DNA from: the human T2T-CHM13v2.0 reference genome, Homo sapiens
Direction: 5' to 3' (one strand)
Assembly (NCBI RefSeq): GCF_009914755.1
Contig: NC_060934.1
DNA length: 64,000 nt
The number at the start of each line of letters is the position of its first letter. Positions within the stretch are counted from its first letter, which is position 1. A program made the position numbers and the translations under genes. Shown one piece after another: positions 26,081-40,350 of this stretch. Below the pieces are notes generated by a model. The model was not told the origin of the DNA, did no database searches, and worked only from the letters and a program-made list of their open reading frames with translations.

Positions 26081-27489
26081 CCAATATTAACACAATTGAA
26101 AGAATTGGAATGCGAAGTTTGCATGTGAAATGATGCATGGTTTATAATACAAGGTACAACTAAGAAAGTAAAGACTCGATATGGCAGTGAGTGGAATTAT
26201 CAGGAATTTGCTCTCTTTTTCAAAATTTTCTTAATTGTTTTTGCAAGAATTAACAATGGAAAAAAGAAAGGAAAAGTAAAAAAGAGCTGGAACAAGTTCA
26301 ACATTGAGGCACTCATTTCTTTTACATGAAAGGACTTGGATTAATTGGATGAACTTTGTATAATTTAATTTTTCTTAGGGGAAGCATATAAAGACCTGCT
26401 CAGGACTAAGTAGGCATGGTTGTTAAAGGAAGTGAACGTCTCGATGACAACCTAAAAAAGAAACTGATAAGAAATAAGATGAGCCTCAAAAGACTGGTAT
26501 TATTATGTTTTTAATAATGAAGGCATTAGCACTGCAATTGTTAGAATTTTATCTGTTCTATCGTGAAATAAGGATCTAGATAGTATGCAGTAATTAAAGA
26601 TTGACTTTGATTTAGATAATCCATTTTAATTGCATTTTTAATTGTAGTGAAAATTTCATGAAGAACCATCTAAAAATGCTGATGCAGAAGGGTAGCTAAT
26701 CAAGATCACGCCGTTATATTTGAATTACTAGAAAGGGACCATGAGTGGTTAAGTGTAAAATACATCTCTCAAGTAACACACAAGTCCCTGTAATCTCATC
26801 TCACCTTCTGGGAACAATGTATAACAAATTAAAGCTGGTTCATGAAATGTCATACAATCTGGCAGCAAGATTCTAATTGATGAAGAAATGGCTATTTTAA
26901 TGATTCTTTAACAACCATAGAAAATTTCCAATTACTGGGAACCGTGACAAAAACTACCTTAAGGGGACAAAATAATTTCTAACAGTTTTTTCAACCAACT
27001 CAGAGGCCCCAGTGGATGTTTTCAGACCTGTTCTCTCTTGTTTTATTAGTTTGGTTGAATGGATGGGCAGCTGATTTCTACTGTGAATGTTTAAAAAATT
27101 ATGTACAAAATTAGAAAACAAAACTTGCAGTTTCCAGATTTGCCTACGATCGCATTTCCCATAAACTCAGCAATTGATGTTACTCTTGAAATGAATTTTG
27201 ACGTGTGAATTTGGGTTCAACTGGTGCCTCTGCCCTCCGTTTTGGCCTCTGCATGCCAATTCCCATTGCAGCATGTATCACATTGTACTTTTGGAACAGA
27301 AATTTATGTTTGATCTTCCCCGGTAGGCCATGGGGCACCGTGTGTGTTCAATACATAGTTTGATATTGAATAGATTATGACTTTCCTTTTTATTAAAATT
27401 ATGGATGTTGTAATATATGTTGATCTTGTAATATCTCTATGTCCTTCCCACAAATGTGTACACACACATGCATAGACACAATTTTATTG

Positions 27490-27499
27490 TATCTATCTG

Positions 27500-27533
<34 letters not shown>
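27490..27533. repeat. (TATC)n tetranucleotide STR
   Basis: Direct reading. Confidence 0.95.
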
Positions 27534-28658
27534 ATCTTCATTCTGAATATTCCAGACATTTCAGGGTGTATCTGTAACCTATGAGTCTGGTTTTATGTCT
27601 AATCTATATAAAATAAAGGAATTAATTCTATTTCAGGCCTTGTATTTACAATTTAATTCCTCCAGAATAATGACAGTAATAAAGTCAAGGTTTTGGTAAA
27701 ATAAGAATTGCTATTAAGTAAGGTTTGAAGGTTCCTAGAAAGAAAGAATAAAGCACTTGGAAAGAAGAATTCAATAGAAAAATAAAAAAGAATTATAATT
27801 CAGATAAAATTTGACAAATGTCATTGGTTTGTCCTATATTCTGATTCTGGTGAAGTTAAAACCGTATTATGAATCTATTTCCCATATCATGTTTCCTTCC
27901 AAAATAGATTACTGAAAATAGAAGCAAGCATAATGAACCTGAAAATTCTGGTTTACAGGAAAAAAACCCATAATAATTAATATGTTTCAGAATTTATTTT
28001 CTCAGCATCTACATTTGTTTCTCATCACATGTACACTAGCATAAATGAAGATTAAGAAATAAGTCTTTCCAGATTATTTTTACTCAAGAATTTGTTTCAG
28101 TGCTAGGCAAGGATGATCAATTTTAGTTTGCATATGAAGACTCAAAGGGAGATGATTAAAAGCACGTAACTCTTTGACTCACCCCTAGAAGGTCTTTGAT
28201 GAGGCCCAGCAATCTGGAAAATTATGATATAATATTACACAATGATTATTTAACAATATTTTAGAAGTAACTGCCATTTGGGGGTCACAGAACAATACTA
28301 ATCTCAATTATGTTACCCATCAACAAATTGAATATAATTAAATTATTTTCAAAATATATGGGTTGAGATTATTTTCCAATTAAAATTGCCAGGTGAGGAA
28401 CAGCACTTTTCCATTCGCTGCTGAATGTGATGAAATACTGGATAGTCATAGAGGGTCTACCAGATGTCCCTTTGGGAGAGTGTTGTGGGGAAATGGGCTG
28501 TTTGTGTGCACCCAAACTAGCCCTTTAAGAAGCTGTGTGCTGGAGGCCATTAGAAAATAATTTGTGCTGTTCTTATAAATATGAAGAACTTTGGAAATAC
28601 CTCTGTGACATCGGATGCAGTTTGTGTTTGGGAAGTATCACTGATAAGAAATAATACT

Positions 28659-29783
<1,125 letters not shown>

Positions 29784-30629
29784 AAGAAATAGTACTTATG
29801 TTAATGTAAGAAAACACATCGCAGCTTAAAAATAAATTAAAAAAAGAAAGACATGTTACATTTCACATTGGTAAGGAGTTCAATATAGGTAAAGGAGATA
29901 ATTTGACAAAAAGATGATGTATAAGCAGGCATTTGCCTCCTCTCTCACAAAAGAGGAAAGAAGTGACAAAAAAGAAAAAAAGAGAAAAGGAAAATTGGTA
30001 AAACCTCTGTTAACCTTGAGACTGTAAGAAGAATCCACATACTACAGATTTTAAACAATTTCTGATATCATTTCTATAAGGTCAGATTTTTTTCTTTATT
30101 TATTTTGATACACACTGACTAGCTGTTGCATGCGTGTAGAATAAATTCATTCTCATACCACAGATTTTTGAGGACTTTCTGTTGTACTCTGTATAGATTA
30201 AGTCATATCACTTACTTCAATAAATATTTATTGAGTATTTATTATGGGCAAGCAGAAATCCAGCATGCTCAGAAAGTGGCTATTGTTAGAGGAAATAAAT
30301 GGAGATACCTTTGCAAAACTCTGTTAATATCCTGTTACAGTAAAAAGAAGGCTGCTGTGAGGTTGGAGGCCAGAAAGCAGAGGCACCTCTTCATCTGGTG
30401 CTTGTTTTCCTGGCACAGATGACTTATTTTGGGATTGCTTTGTCTGGCAGGAAGCTTAAGAAAAGACAAACCAAAACAAAATGTTGCCACAGGGACTTTG
30501 AGACTTCAATATGGTAGGTTCACCACGATTTGAGGAACATTTTTGAGAGTTAGAGAATTGGAGAAGCTTCAAAATCCCAGTGTGACTGAGAAATCCTCAA
30601 TCTTTTCAGGCAGCACCTCTAGAAAAAAA

Positions 30630-30740
30630 ACACAAGTACACACACAGACGCACGCACACATGCAAACACACACACTCTCACACACACATACATGCACATG
30701 CACAAACACACACACATGCATGCACACAAACCCACACATG
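30630..30740. repeat. Degenerate (CA)n/(CATG)n repeat
   Basis: Direct reading. Confidence 0.85.
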
Positions 30741-30869
30741 GTAGCATTTACATTTACATTTATACTAGTTATTTATGAGTGGGTTCTTTTTATCCATATG
30801 CTATACAGATACGTGTTATCTATATATTTTTCTGAATGATTTCACACACACACACACACAGGATTCTTT

Positions 30870-32170
30870 ATTTATTTTCTAAAACCAATATCAGAGTATG
30901 CGTAATTTTCTGCATTCTACTTTCTCTCACTAAACTACATTGTGCAAATCCTTCTAGTTCAACTAATATAATTATGATTTATTTGACTGTACATGACCAC
31001 ATGATATTTCTGGGTACCATAATGTATTCCTCTTGATGAGTAATTCTCTTTTCATTTGTTTATTTCCTCATTGCACTATTCCTATCATGGCTGCAAAAAA
31101 ACACCCTGCACATGTATAATTGAATGCTTGTAGTTTTTTTATTTTAAGGAGAGAGGTTTCATGGGTGGGATTTGTAGGTCAAATATTGCAATGATTTTTT
31201 AAGGCTGCTGTAACAGGGAACCACAGAAAACAGACATTTACCTTCTTATAGCTCTGGAGGCTGGAAGCGTAAACTCAGCATGTCACCAGGGCCATGCTTC
31301 CTCTGAGACACTGGTTGGAGCCTTCCTTGCCTCCTTCTACCTTGTCATGGTGGCCACCAAATGTTGGCATTCCTTGGATTGCAGTTGCAACACTTCAATC
31401 TCAGCCTCCGTCATCACATGGCATTCTCCCATGTCTGCCTCTGACCCTGCTCCCTTAGTAGGACTCCAGTCACATTGGATTAGAGGCCCACACTACTTAA
31501 GTATGACCCATCTTAATTACATCTGCAAACAACAGATGTCCAATTCACAGGTACTTGGTATTAGGATGTCAACATATCATTTTGGGAGACACAATTAAAC
31601 CCACAACAAATACATATGTTAATTTAAAAAATTTAATACATGTGGCCAGATTTTCTTCTAAGTGACTATAGCGTTTACATTTACACTAGTTATTTATGAG
31701 TGGGCACTTTTTATCTATAGGCTATGCAGATATGTGATATCTATATACTTTTCTAAACAATGTGATGTAGAATATTAGTTACAGTAATTTTCATTTATTT
31801 AATTAGTTGTGAGTTTTCTTTTTTTGTATATTTGGATTTGCTCTTTTATGAACTAATGCTAATGCTTATATCCTTATTGTCTTGTTTAGGTCAATTTATA
31901 AGTATTTTTATAATATATGTCATAACCCCCTTCGTCATCTTTGTTTTGTAAATCATTTTTCCAAAAATATTTCTCCACTGGCTTTGTGTACGGTACCTTT
32001 TGCAATATATTCATAACTTTTTAAAAAAATTATATCAATTTTCTATTAGTTTTGTATTTATCCCATATGTTTTAATCTCTGTTCCTTCTTTCCTGCTGTC
32101 TTTTGGGTTAATCAAATATTTTTTGTTTTCTTTTTATTTTGTTGACTCTTTAATCTATGGTTTCTTTGCA
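30870..32170 (-). mobile_element. L1ME-like remnant interrupted by MLT1C
   Basis: 'tatcatggctgcaaaaaaacaccctgcacatgtat', 'gggtgggatttgtaggtcaaa', 'ggccagattttcttctaagtgactatag'. Confidence 0.6.
31187..31608 (-). mobile_element. MLT1C-like solo LTR
   Basis: 'ggctgctgtaaca', 'ctctggaggctggaag', 'ccagggccatgcttcctctga', 'ttttgggagacacaattaaacccacaaca'; TSD aatat/aatac. Confidence 0.87.
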
Positions 32171-32184
32171 TTTTTAAAAAAAAA

Positions 32185-32342
32185 TATTTTACTTTAAGTT
32201 CTTAAATACATGTGTTGAACGTGCAGATTTGTTACATAAGTATTCATGTGTCATGGTGGTTTGCTGCACCTATCAACCCGTCACCTAGGTTTTAAGCCAA
32301 CCCGTCACCTAGGTTTTAAGCCTTGCATGAATTAGGTATTTG
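32185..32342 (-). mobile_element. Short L1PA8-10-like 3' end with a 24-bp tandem duplication
   Basis: 'tactttaagttc...catggtggtttgctgcacctatcaacccgtcacctaggttttaagcc'. Confidence 0.9.
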
Positions 32343-32445
32343 GTCATTTACATCAGATAAGTGAGGATATGCTTAAAATACAAAAAAAAAAAAAATTACA
32401 AGTCCGTATGAAAAAGGCAACCCACTTTTTAAAAAAGGGCAAATA

Positions 32446-32787
<342 letters not shown>

Positions 32788-33574
32788 GGCAAATAGTGTA
32801 AACAGGTATAGTAAAAATATTTTAAAAAGAAGAAGAAGAAAATATTTCAAATTAATTAAAATTAAAACCAAAACAAGATACGTTCTTTCCTCTGAAATGA
32901 GTGTTGATTAAAATAATGAACTGCTGTTAAGGGTTTAAGGAATCATTCTCATATACTACTGGTGATAGCTGTAAAACCAATTTTATTAAACACTACTTTT
33001 AGGATGCAATTTCAAAATATTTTTATATTTATAAATTTTATCTAGAAATTCCACTTTAAAGAGTTTAATTAAAGGAACTAACCAAGGATATTACTGCACT
33101 TTTTACTGCAATAATTAAATATTAAACAAAAATCACAAAAACATCAAAATAAAGGAGAATGGCTAAATAAACTATATCACAATCATGAATGAAATACTAG
33201 TCAATATTTATAATGTTGTATAGAAATATAGTTGTCATCATATCTTGATGCCTGAGATCTAGTGCTAAATAAAAATTAGATTATAAATTAGTATCTATAA
33301 CATTTATAACACAATATACATGTACATAGAAAAGGATATTCAATGATATAAATATATTTTCCCTTCTCCAAATTGATCTATAACTCCAGTGCAATCCCAG
33401 TAAAAATCCCAACAGATGTTTTTTTTTCCCCATGCGCTTTGACAATGTGATTCTAAAATTTAGACGGAAAAGCAAAAAATACAAAATTACCTTAGGAAAG
33501 AATTGCCCCACTATACATTGAGGCTAGTTCTAAAGCTCTATTAAGAGAGTGTGCTTTCAAGAAAGGGGTAAAAA

Positions 33575-33893
33575 GGCCGGGAGCAGTTGCTCATGCCTCT
33601 AATCCCTGCGCTTTGGGAGGCCGAGGTGGATGGATCACCTGAGGTCAGGAGTTTGAGACCAGCCTGGCCAACATGATGAAACCCTGTCCCTACTAAAAAT
33701 AGAAAAAATTAGCTGGGCGTGGTGGCACGTTCCTGTAATCCCAGCTACTCAGGAGGTTGGGGCAGGATAATCACTTGAACCCCGGAGGCGGAGGTTGCAG
33801 TGAGCTGAGATCGTGCCACTGCACTCTAGCCTGGGTGACAAGAACAAAACTCTGTCTCAAAAAAATAAATAAATAAGTAAATAAATAAATAAA
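33575..33893 (+). mobile_element. AluS
   Basis: Full dimer, (AAAT)n tail; TSD aagaaaggggtaaaaa / aagaaagggataaaaa. Confidence 0.97.
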
Positions 33894-34729
33894 AAGAAAG
33901 GGATAAAAAAATTAGGTTGTTGAAATAATATTGTACACACACAAAGAGAGAGAACAGCAGGAGTGGGAGAGGGGGAAATATTAGATATATGTCAAAAATA
34001 ACATTATAGATTAATACAGAAGAAATTACTCAATATATGGTGTGAAAAATAATTTTCTATGTAGGGAAAAATGTGTTCTCTACTTCATACTGTAAAATAT
34101 ATGTATGCATTCTGAGTAGGCAGTATTTTAAAAATGTATTACAAAAATAGTAACTATAAAGGCAATATTGATAACTTTCACTCCATACAGTTTAAAATCT
34201 TCTGTTCATCAAAACGCATCACATAGAAAAAGAGAGACAAAACTAGAGAAGATATTTTTATCATGTAATATTAGCAAATAACTAGAAAATATAGGACATA
34301 ACAGAATTTAGTATGAAATAAATAAACGAGCTAGTGGAAAAATCACAAACACTTAAGTAGATATTTCTAGGAAAAAGGTGAAAGTGACCTGAAGTATAGA
34401 TGTGTAATCTCTTAATAATACGCAAAATGCAAATAAGGTGACAGTGAGATACTGTTTTACCCCAGCTAGAATGGCCCAAACCAGAGTTTAACAAGTATTG
34501 GTAAAGATATGGATTAACGGGAACATTTGTAAAATGTTTTTAATAGCAGAAAACTGCAAACAAACTAAACACATCATCATGGGATGGGAAATAAATTGTG
34601 AAACATTCAAAAATAGAATTCTGTATAGATATCAATATTGAAATAAAGCTGCAGGCATCGACATGCATGACACTGGAGCCATAGTGTTGGGTGAAGAAGC
34701 AAGCCACAAATAACACTAAAAATTCATAT

Positions 34730-35130
34730 CATCTCTCCTACTAAGGCAATCATAACAAAATGCCATAGACTAGGTGGTTTAAATGACAGAAATGTATTTT
34801 CTTACCATTCTGGAGGCTAAATCCAAGATTTACTGAACTGAGTACAGGCTACCTCAGTTCCTGGTGAGGGCTCTCTGCATGGTTGGCAGATAGCCACCTT
34901 CTTACTGTGTCCTCACATGGCAGAAAAAGAGAGAGAGATAGAGAGAGAGAGATATTGAGGGAGAGAGATCCTTATCTTCTTATAAAGCCAGAGTCCTATC
35001 AAATTAAGGTCGCAACCTTAAGATCTTATTTAATTTTAATTACATCCTAAAGACCCTATGTCCAGATACAATCACATTTCGGGTTAGGACTGAAGCATGA
35101 AATTTTGGGGACACAGTTCTTTCCACAGCA
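34730..35130 (-). mobile_element. MLT1A-like solo LTR
   Basis: 'ataacaaaatgccatagactaggtggtttaaa', 'gtgtcctcacatggcag', 'aattttggggacacag'. Confidence 0.85.
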
Positions 35131-35879
35131 TCATCTTCATGAAATTTAAATACAAACAAAAGCAAACTAATATATTATATAGACGCTCATACATATTTAA
35201 TGAAACTACAAAGAAAGTAGTGCAACAAGCAAAATAAAATTCCAAATTCCTCCATGATGCAGGGAATGGCACCAGGAAGAGGAATACATCTTGACTCAAT
35301 GGTATTAAAGAAATTCTATTTCTTAATGGGGCCATTGGTGATTATTTGGCTATTATAATCTATAGTTTATTATTTATTGTAAAAATCAGGAAAAATCTTT
35401 GTAGACTATTCCCACTTGGGGTAAATAAATTATGTATTTCTAAAAAAATGCATTTCTAATTCTGTGCATGGAGAATGTTTATTATGATGCATATTCAATT
35501 GATAAACTTAGTTTTCTCCTGTTGGTAAAATTAGAAGTAATTTTTGTTCTTTCTAGTGACTTATTTTTTATATTTTTCCTAAAATATATTTCATATGTTA
35601 AACAAATAGATAAACCAAGTACAGGTGAAAATGAGCACACATCTAAAGACCAAGCCTCAAGCATATTGAGACTGGGTAGCATTAATAGAGAGTGCCCAGG
35701 GCTCGGGGGATAGGGGACCGTGGTTTACTTAGCCAAGTGTCTTTCCTAACTATTAAAATTTAAAAATTGTATTGCTAAAGAACTCAGTTGTTATATGGGA
35801 AACTTAGGGATTTTTGGCTGCAGGTATTTCTTCACTTTGAGGCATGACTCCCTCTTCAGTACCTGTCAGATTAAAAGAA

Positions 35880-36000
35880 CTAGCTTCCTTGGTTGGGTTT
35901 TATTTACTGTCATTATTAATGATCCAAAGGATGGAGTAAACATAAAGCCAGTTAAGCCGGGAGGGCTTGCTAACACCTGGGAAAACAAAAGAACACAAAA
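35880..36000 (+). mobile_element. Possible L3/CR1 fragment
   Basis: 'attattaatgatccaaaggatggagta...aagccgggagggcttgctaacacc' resembles CR1 RT-region text. Confidence 0.4.
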
Positions 36001-36855
36001 ATTTCAGTACTGTTGCTTTATTTCTAAGTAACAGCTCAATCTAGAATCAGTCATTTAAATTATGTTACTCTCAACTTTCTCTTTTTAGGACATAAAACAT
36101 TTTTTTTAACCAATATTATTTTGCTTTTAAAAGATTATAGAACAAAAAGGTCTCTTGATTTATAGCTTTCCTCTAAGGAAAGGGTCTCAAAGTATCTTGT
36201 AAATACATGTAGAGGGTGATGTTGTATTGCTTAGTAGGAGAAATTTTTTCAACCTCAATTAAATGCATTTTTTTTCTACTGACATTGCCTGAAGGCTGCT
36301 TCTAACTCAACAGCTTGTGAGGAAACCTCAGAGACACAGACATCAGCCAGAACAGAAAAAGACCTCTGGGTTTACAAGAGAAATAATTTTGTCCCCATGA
36401 AGAATTAAGGTCTTCTGCAGAACTTTCCAGAAATGAGCAGTCTTAGATGGCAATGCTGATTTGCATGGAAACAGGGAATCCTGAATATACAATACATGAG
36501 AAGAGAACTACTGGGTGTTTAGATGGTGTGACACATGGTATGCAGGTATGCATGTTTATAGCAAATGGCTGTGTGACTCATAGCCAAGGTACAACTTGTC
36601 AGGACCAGGAACATCATATGGAAGAGAGCAGATAAAACAATGAAGAAATTTGCTACTGCAGACTAGATTCTGAGCACAAGAAAACAGTAGCTTGACCTGT
36701 GGAAATGACCATGATCTTGAAAATATCTCTTTGGCATTAGGAGTAAAGAACAAGGATTAAAACAAACATACATGAACCCATATGGCTACACAGGGAAGCC
36801 AGTTTTCAAGAGTGTGTGTACCCCAAAACAATCACAAGAAATCAAAAATTTTTTA

Positions 36856-37882
36856 AAAAGCAAAAATTGACAAGTAGGATCTAATTAAACTCTGCACAGC
36901 AAAAGAAACTATCAACAGTGTAAACAGACAATCTACAGAATGGGAGAAAATATTTTCAAACTATGTATCTGGCAAATGTCTAATATCCAGGGTGTGTAAA
37001 GAACTTAAATGCATTTACAAGAGAAAAACAAGCAACTCGATTAAAAAGTGGGCAAAGGACATGAACAGACATGATTCAAAAGAAGACATACATGAAGCCA
37101 ACAAGCATATGTAAAAAAGCTCAATATCATTGTTTATTAGAGAAATGCAAATCAAAACCACAATGAGATACCATCTCACACCAGTCAGAATGGCTACTAT
37201 TAAAAAGTCAAGAAACAACAGATGCTGGCAAGGTTGTGGAGAAAAGGAACAATTATACACTGTTAGTGGGAATATAAATTAGTTCAATCATTGTGGAAAG
37301 CAGTATGGCAAATCCTTAAAGAGCTAAAAGCAGAACTACCGTTTGACCCAGCCATCCCATTACTGGGTATAATACCCAGAGAAATAGAAATCGTTCTGCC
37401 AGAAAGACACATGCAAGCAAATGCTCATTGCAGAACTATTTACAATAGCAAAGGCATGGAATCAACCTAAATGCCCATTAATGATAGACTGGATAAAGAA
37501 AATGTGGTACATATACACCATGGAATACTATGCAGCCATAAAAAAGAACAAGATCATGTCTTTTGCAAAAACATGGATGGAGCTGGAGGCTATTATCCTT
37601 AGCAAACTAATGCAGGAACAGAAAACTAAATACCTCGTGTTCTCACTTATAAGTGGAAGCTAAATGTTGAGAACTTAAGAACACAAAGAAGGAAAAAATA
37701 GACACTGGGGTCTACTTGATGGGGGAAGGTGGGAGGAGGCAGAGGAGCAGAAAAGATAACCATTGAGTACTGGGCTTAATAACCTGGGTAATAAAATAAT
37801 CTGTACAACAAACCTCCATGACACTTGTTTACCTATGTAACAAGCCTTCACATGTACCCTCAAACTTAAATAAAATAAAATA
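36856..37882 (+). mobile_element. 5'-truncated L1PA15/16-like element
   Basis: ORF2 C-terminus (ORF 37421-37663 'AKAWNQPKCP...WMELEAIILSKL'); 3'UTR 'agaggagcagaaaagataac'; A-rich tail. Confidence 0.93.
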
Positions 37883-39629
37883 GACCTATATTTAAAAATA
37901 TTTTTATTGTCTAATTTAAAATGTACTTTAAGGCTGTTATTTTTTTCTATCATCCATATGTATCAGTTACTACAATAAAGTAATTGAGATTTAGAAAAAA
38001 AGAATGCATGTACATGAGATAGAATAAGGATGCATACCCTATGATGAATACAAAAGAGGGAAAAACCTGTAAAAATTGAATCAGGAAGGCCAATACCCCC
38101 AAATAAACCAAAACTCAAAAAATGTGAAAATGGAAGGAGCGGGATCCCCAAGTCACCTTTGGCGGAAAGGCTCCAATAGAGTCACCTGACTATAAATATT
38201 TGCCTTGGAATTTGCATGAGAATTAAGTATTCTTTACGTTTGGCCACTGAGCTTTGCAGCTTGTTGTAATAGCCATTAGCCTACCCTGTACTAAGACTAG
38301 ATTGAAATCCCAAATAATAAAAATGCCTTCCTTTAAAAAAAATTTAATGTATTATAAAACTTGCAAATATATTTGCAGGATAACCTTTAACAATCTTTTA
38401 AGAAATTAAGGGCAATGTAAAAAGTACCAGAAATATAGAAATTGACTAGTGCAAAGTTTTATAAGACAAAAAAGGACAAATTGGTAAGCTTTATGTCAAT
38501 TTCAGGCAAACAATGTACAATGAATTATTGAAGAGATAATTTGTGGGTACATTAAAGAAAACTCCTCATTATCAGGAGTCAGCTTTGATTCCTTAAGATA
38601 AAGACATATTGTCGTCTCCTGTTTTCCTCTCTGAAAATTGTTTGTAGGCAGTAGTTCAGGGATTGGAATATAGAACTTCTTGTAGATGGCATAAGCAAGT
38701 GCATAAAATGGAAGTATTCAAAGGAATGTCTTCTAGTATGTATCATTAATGCTTAACAATTCAACTTCACATGTAACACATTTCTTAAAACTATTGGGCT
38801 TTTAAGAAAACATGCAATAAAAATGATTCAAATATGCATAGCATTTGTGCAATGATTTATAGTTTACAAAGCCCCATATGTACATTTTCTCTCCTGATTT
38901 TTGTAATAAAGACTGGGTAAGAAAATTGACATTCAGAGAAAAAAGGATAACTTATTGGGACCACACAGTAAGCTGCAGCTGGGATAAACCTAAGCCTTCT
39001 GATTCTAAACAGTTTTCTGGCCACTACTTTATTGTGCCACTTGTCTGAAGTCAATAGTACACATGTGCTATTTGCTGTCTCATAGTTATTTCAATTCTAG
39101 GTAATGACCCCCCCCCCCCACACACACACATTGGGCCAGATTACTATTGCACAATATCAGAAGAAAATACTTTCTAATGGGATGCTCTACTAATGGATCC
39201 CATTTAACACAGGAGCTAGAAGGGCTTGTTCTATTCCATCTGGAACTTGTGGACTTCAGGCATTTATTGAAGGATGCAAAAGTGCCCTTGTTGTGTGATT
39301 GGGTTTCTTCCAGGAGCTAAATGCTTACAGTAGCGTGCATAATGAGAAAGAGCCATTGCCAGAGGTTCTCCCATCAGAAAGAATTCTGATCTTAGAGTCC
39401 CTTATCAGCTCTAATCTGGCTCTACAACTGGCTATCATAGAGAAGGAAGTGTGTCTTATGGAAATGTTTGTTAAATAATGTGGGAAGGAATGCCTTTTTG
39501 AATTCAGGGAATTATGGCATCAAGCCTCTACCACTGATATCAGCATATTCTGATTTTAAAATAGAATATTTAAAAATCATAAAAGCAGTTTGTTCCAGTT
39601 TGATGTTTAAAAAACAATTAGTAGGATTG

Positions 39630-40350
39630 TGAGTTAAGGTGAGAGTAGTAGGAAGTAAGATCAGAGAAGGAAGGAGAGAAACAAATCACGTAGGGCTGTA
39701 TAGGTTTTTATGGTGAGAGTGATGAGAAGCCATGGAAGTGTTCTAAACAGAGGAATAAGGTGATGTGATATACTTTTAATAAGATTTCATTGGCTGCTCT
39801 ACTGACAACAAACTGCAGAGGAAAATGCGGGAGCAGAGAGATTAGTTAGGAGACTATTGATTACAACTATCCAGGTTAAGAAATGATGATAGTTTGAACC
39901 ACTCTGTTGGTCATGGAGGTGGGGAAAAGCGACTGGATTTAGCATGTATTTTGAAAAATAGAGCTGCCATGGTTTGCTAAACAGTTGGATCTGGGGATGA
40001 GAGAATCATCAACAATGACTACAAAATGTTTGTCCAGAGTGAATAGAAACAAAGAGTTACCAGACACAGTGTTTGAGACATTTATTAGACATCTAAGGGA
40101 TGATATCAGTAAGCAGTGGGATTTTCGTTCTGTAGTTTAGGTTACAGGTCTAGGCTGGAATTTTAGTTTTAAGGATCACTATTACCTGGAAGGTACTTAA
40201 AACAGTGAGTCTAGAGAGGATATGTAGACACAAACTACACATGGAAAATAGAAGAGGCCAAAGGACTGATCCTTGGAATATGTTCAAGTTTAAAGTTAGG
40301 GAGATGAAGAAACAACATCAAAGGAGCCTGACAAGGGATGATTAGAATAG
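39630..40350 (-). mobile_element. L2 remnant
   Basis: 'gagaagccatggaag', 'agattagttaggagactattg', 'tttattagacatctaagggatgatatcagtaagcagtggg'. Confidence 0.8.

Larger units (their letters stand above)
32800..35390 (+). mobile_element. Old L1M/L1ME remnants (ORF2 end and 3'UTR), interrupted by Alu and MLT1A
   Basis: 'ccaaattgatctataactccagtgcaatcccagtaaaaatccca', 'aaaatgcaaataaggtgacagtgagatac', 'aaaagcaaactaatatatt'. Confidence 0.65.

Noticed and set aside
36856-36890. L1 starting at nearly the same ORF2 position as the sense arm of the 58-kb L1
   Set aside because: Different subfamilies and no inverted partner; treated as coincidence at an A-rich site.
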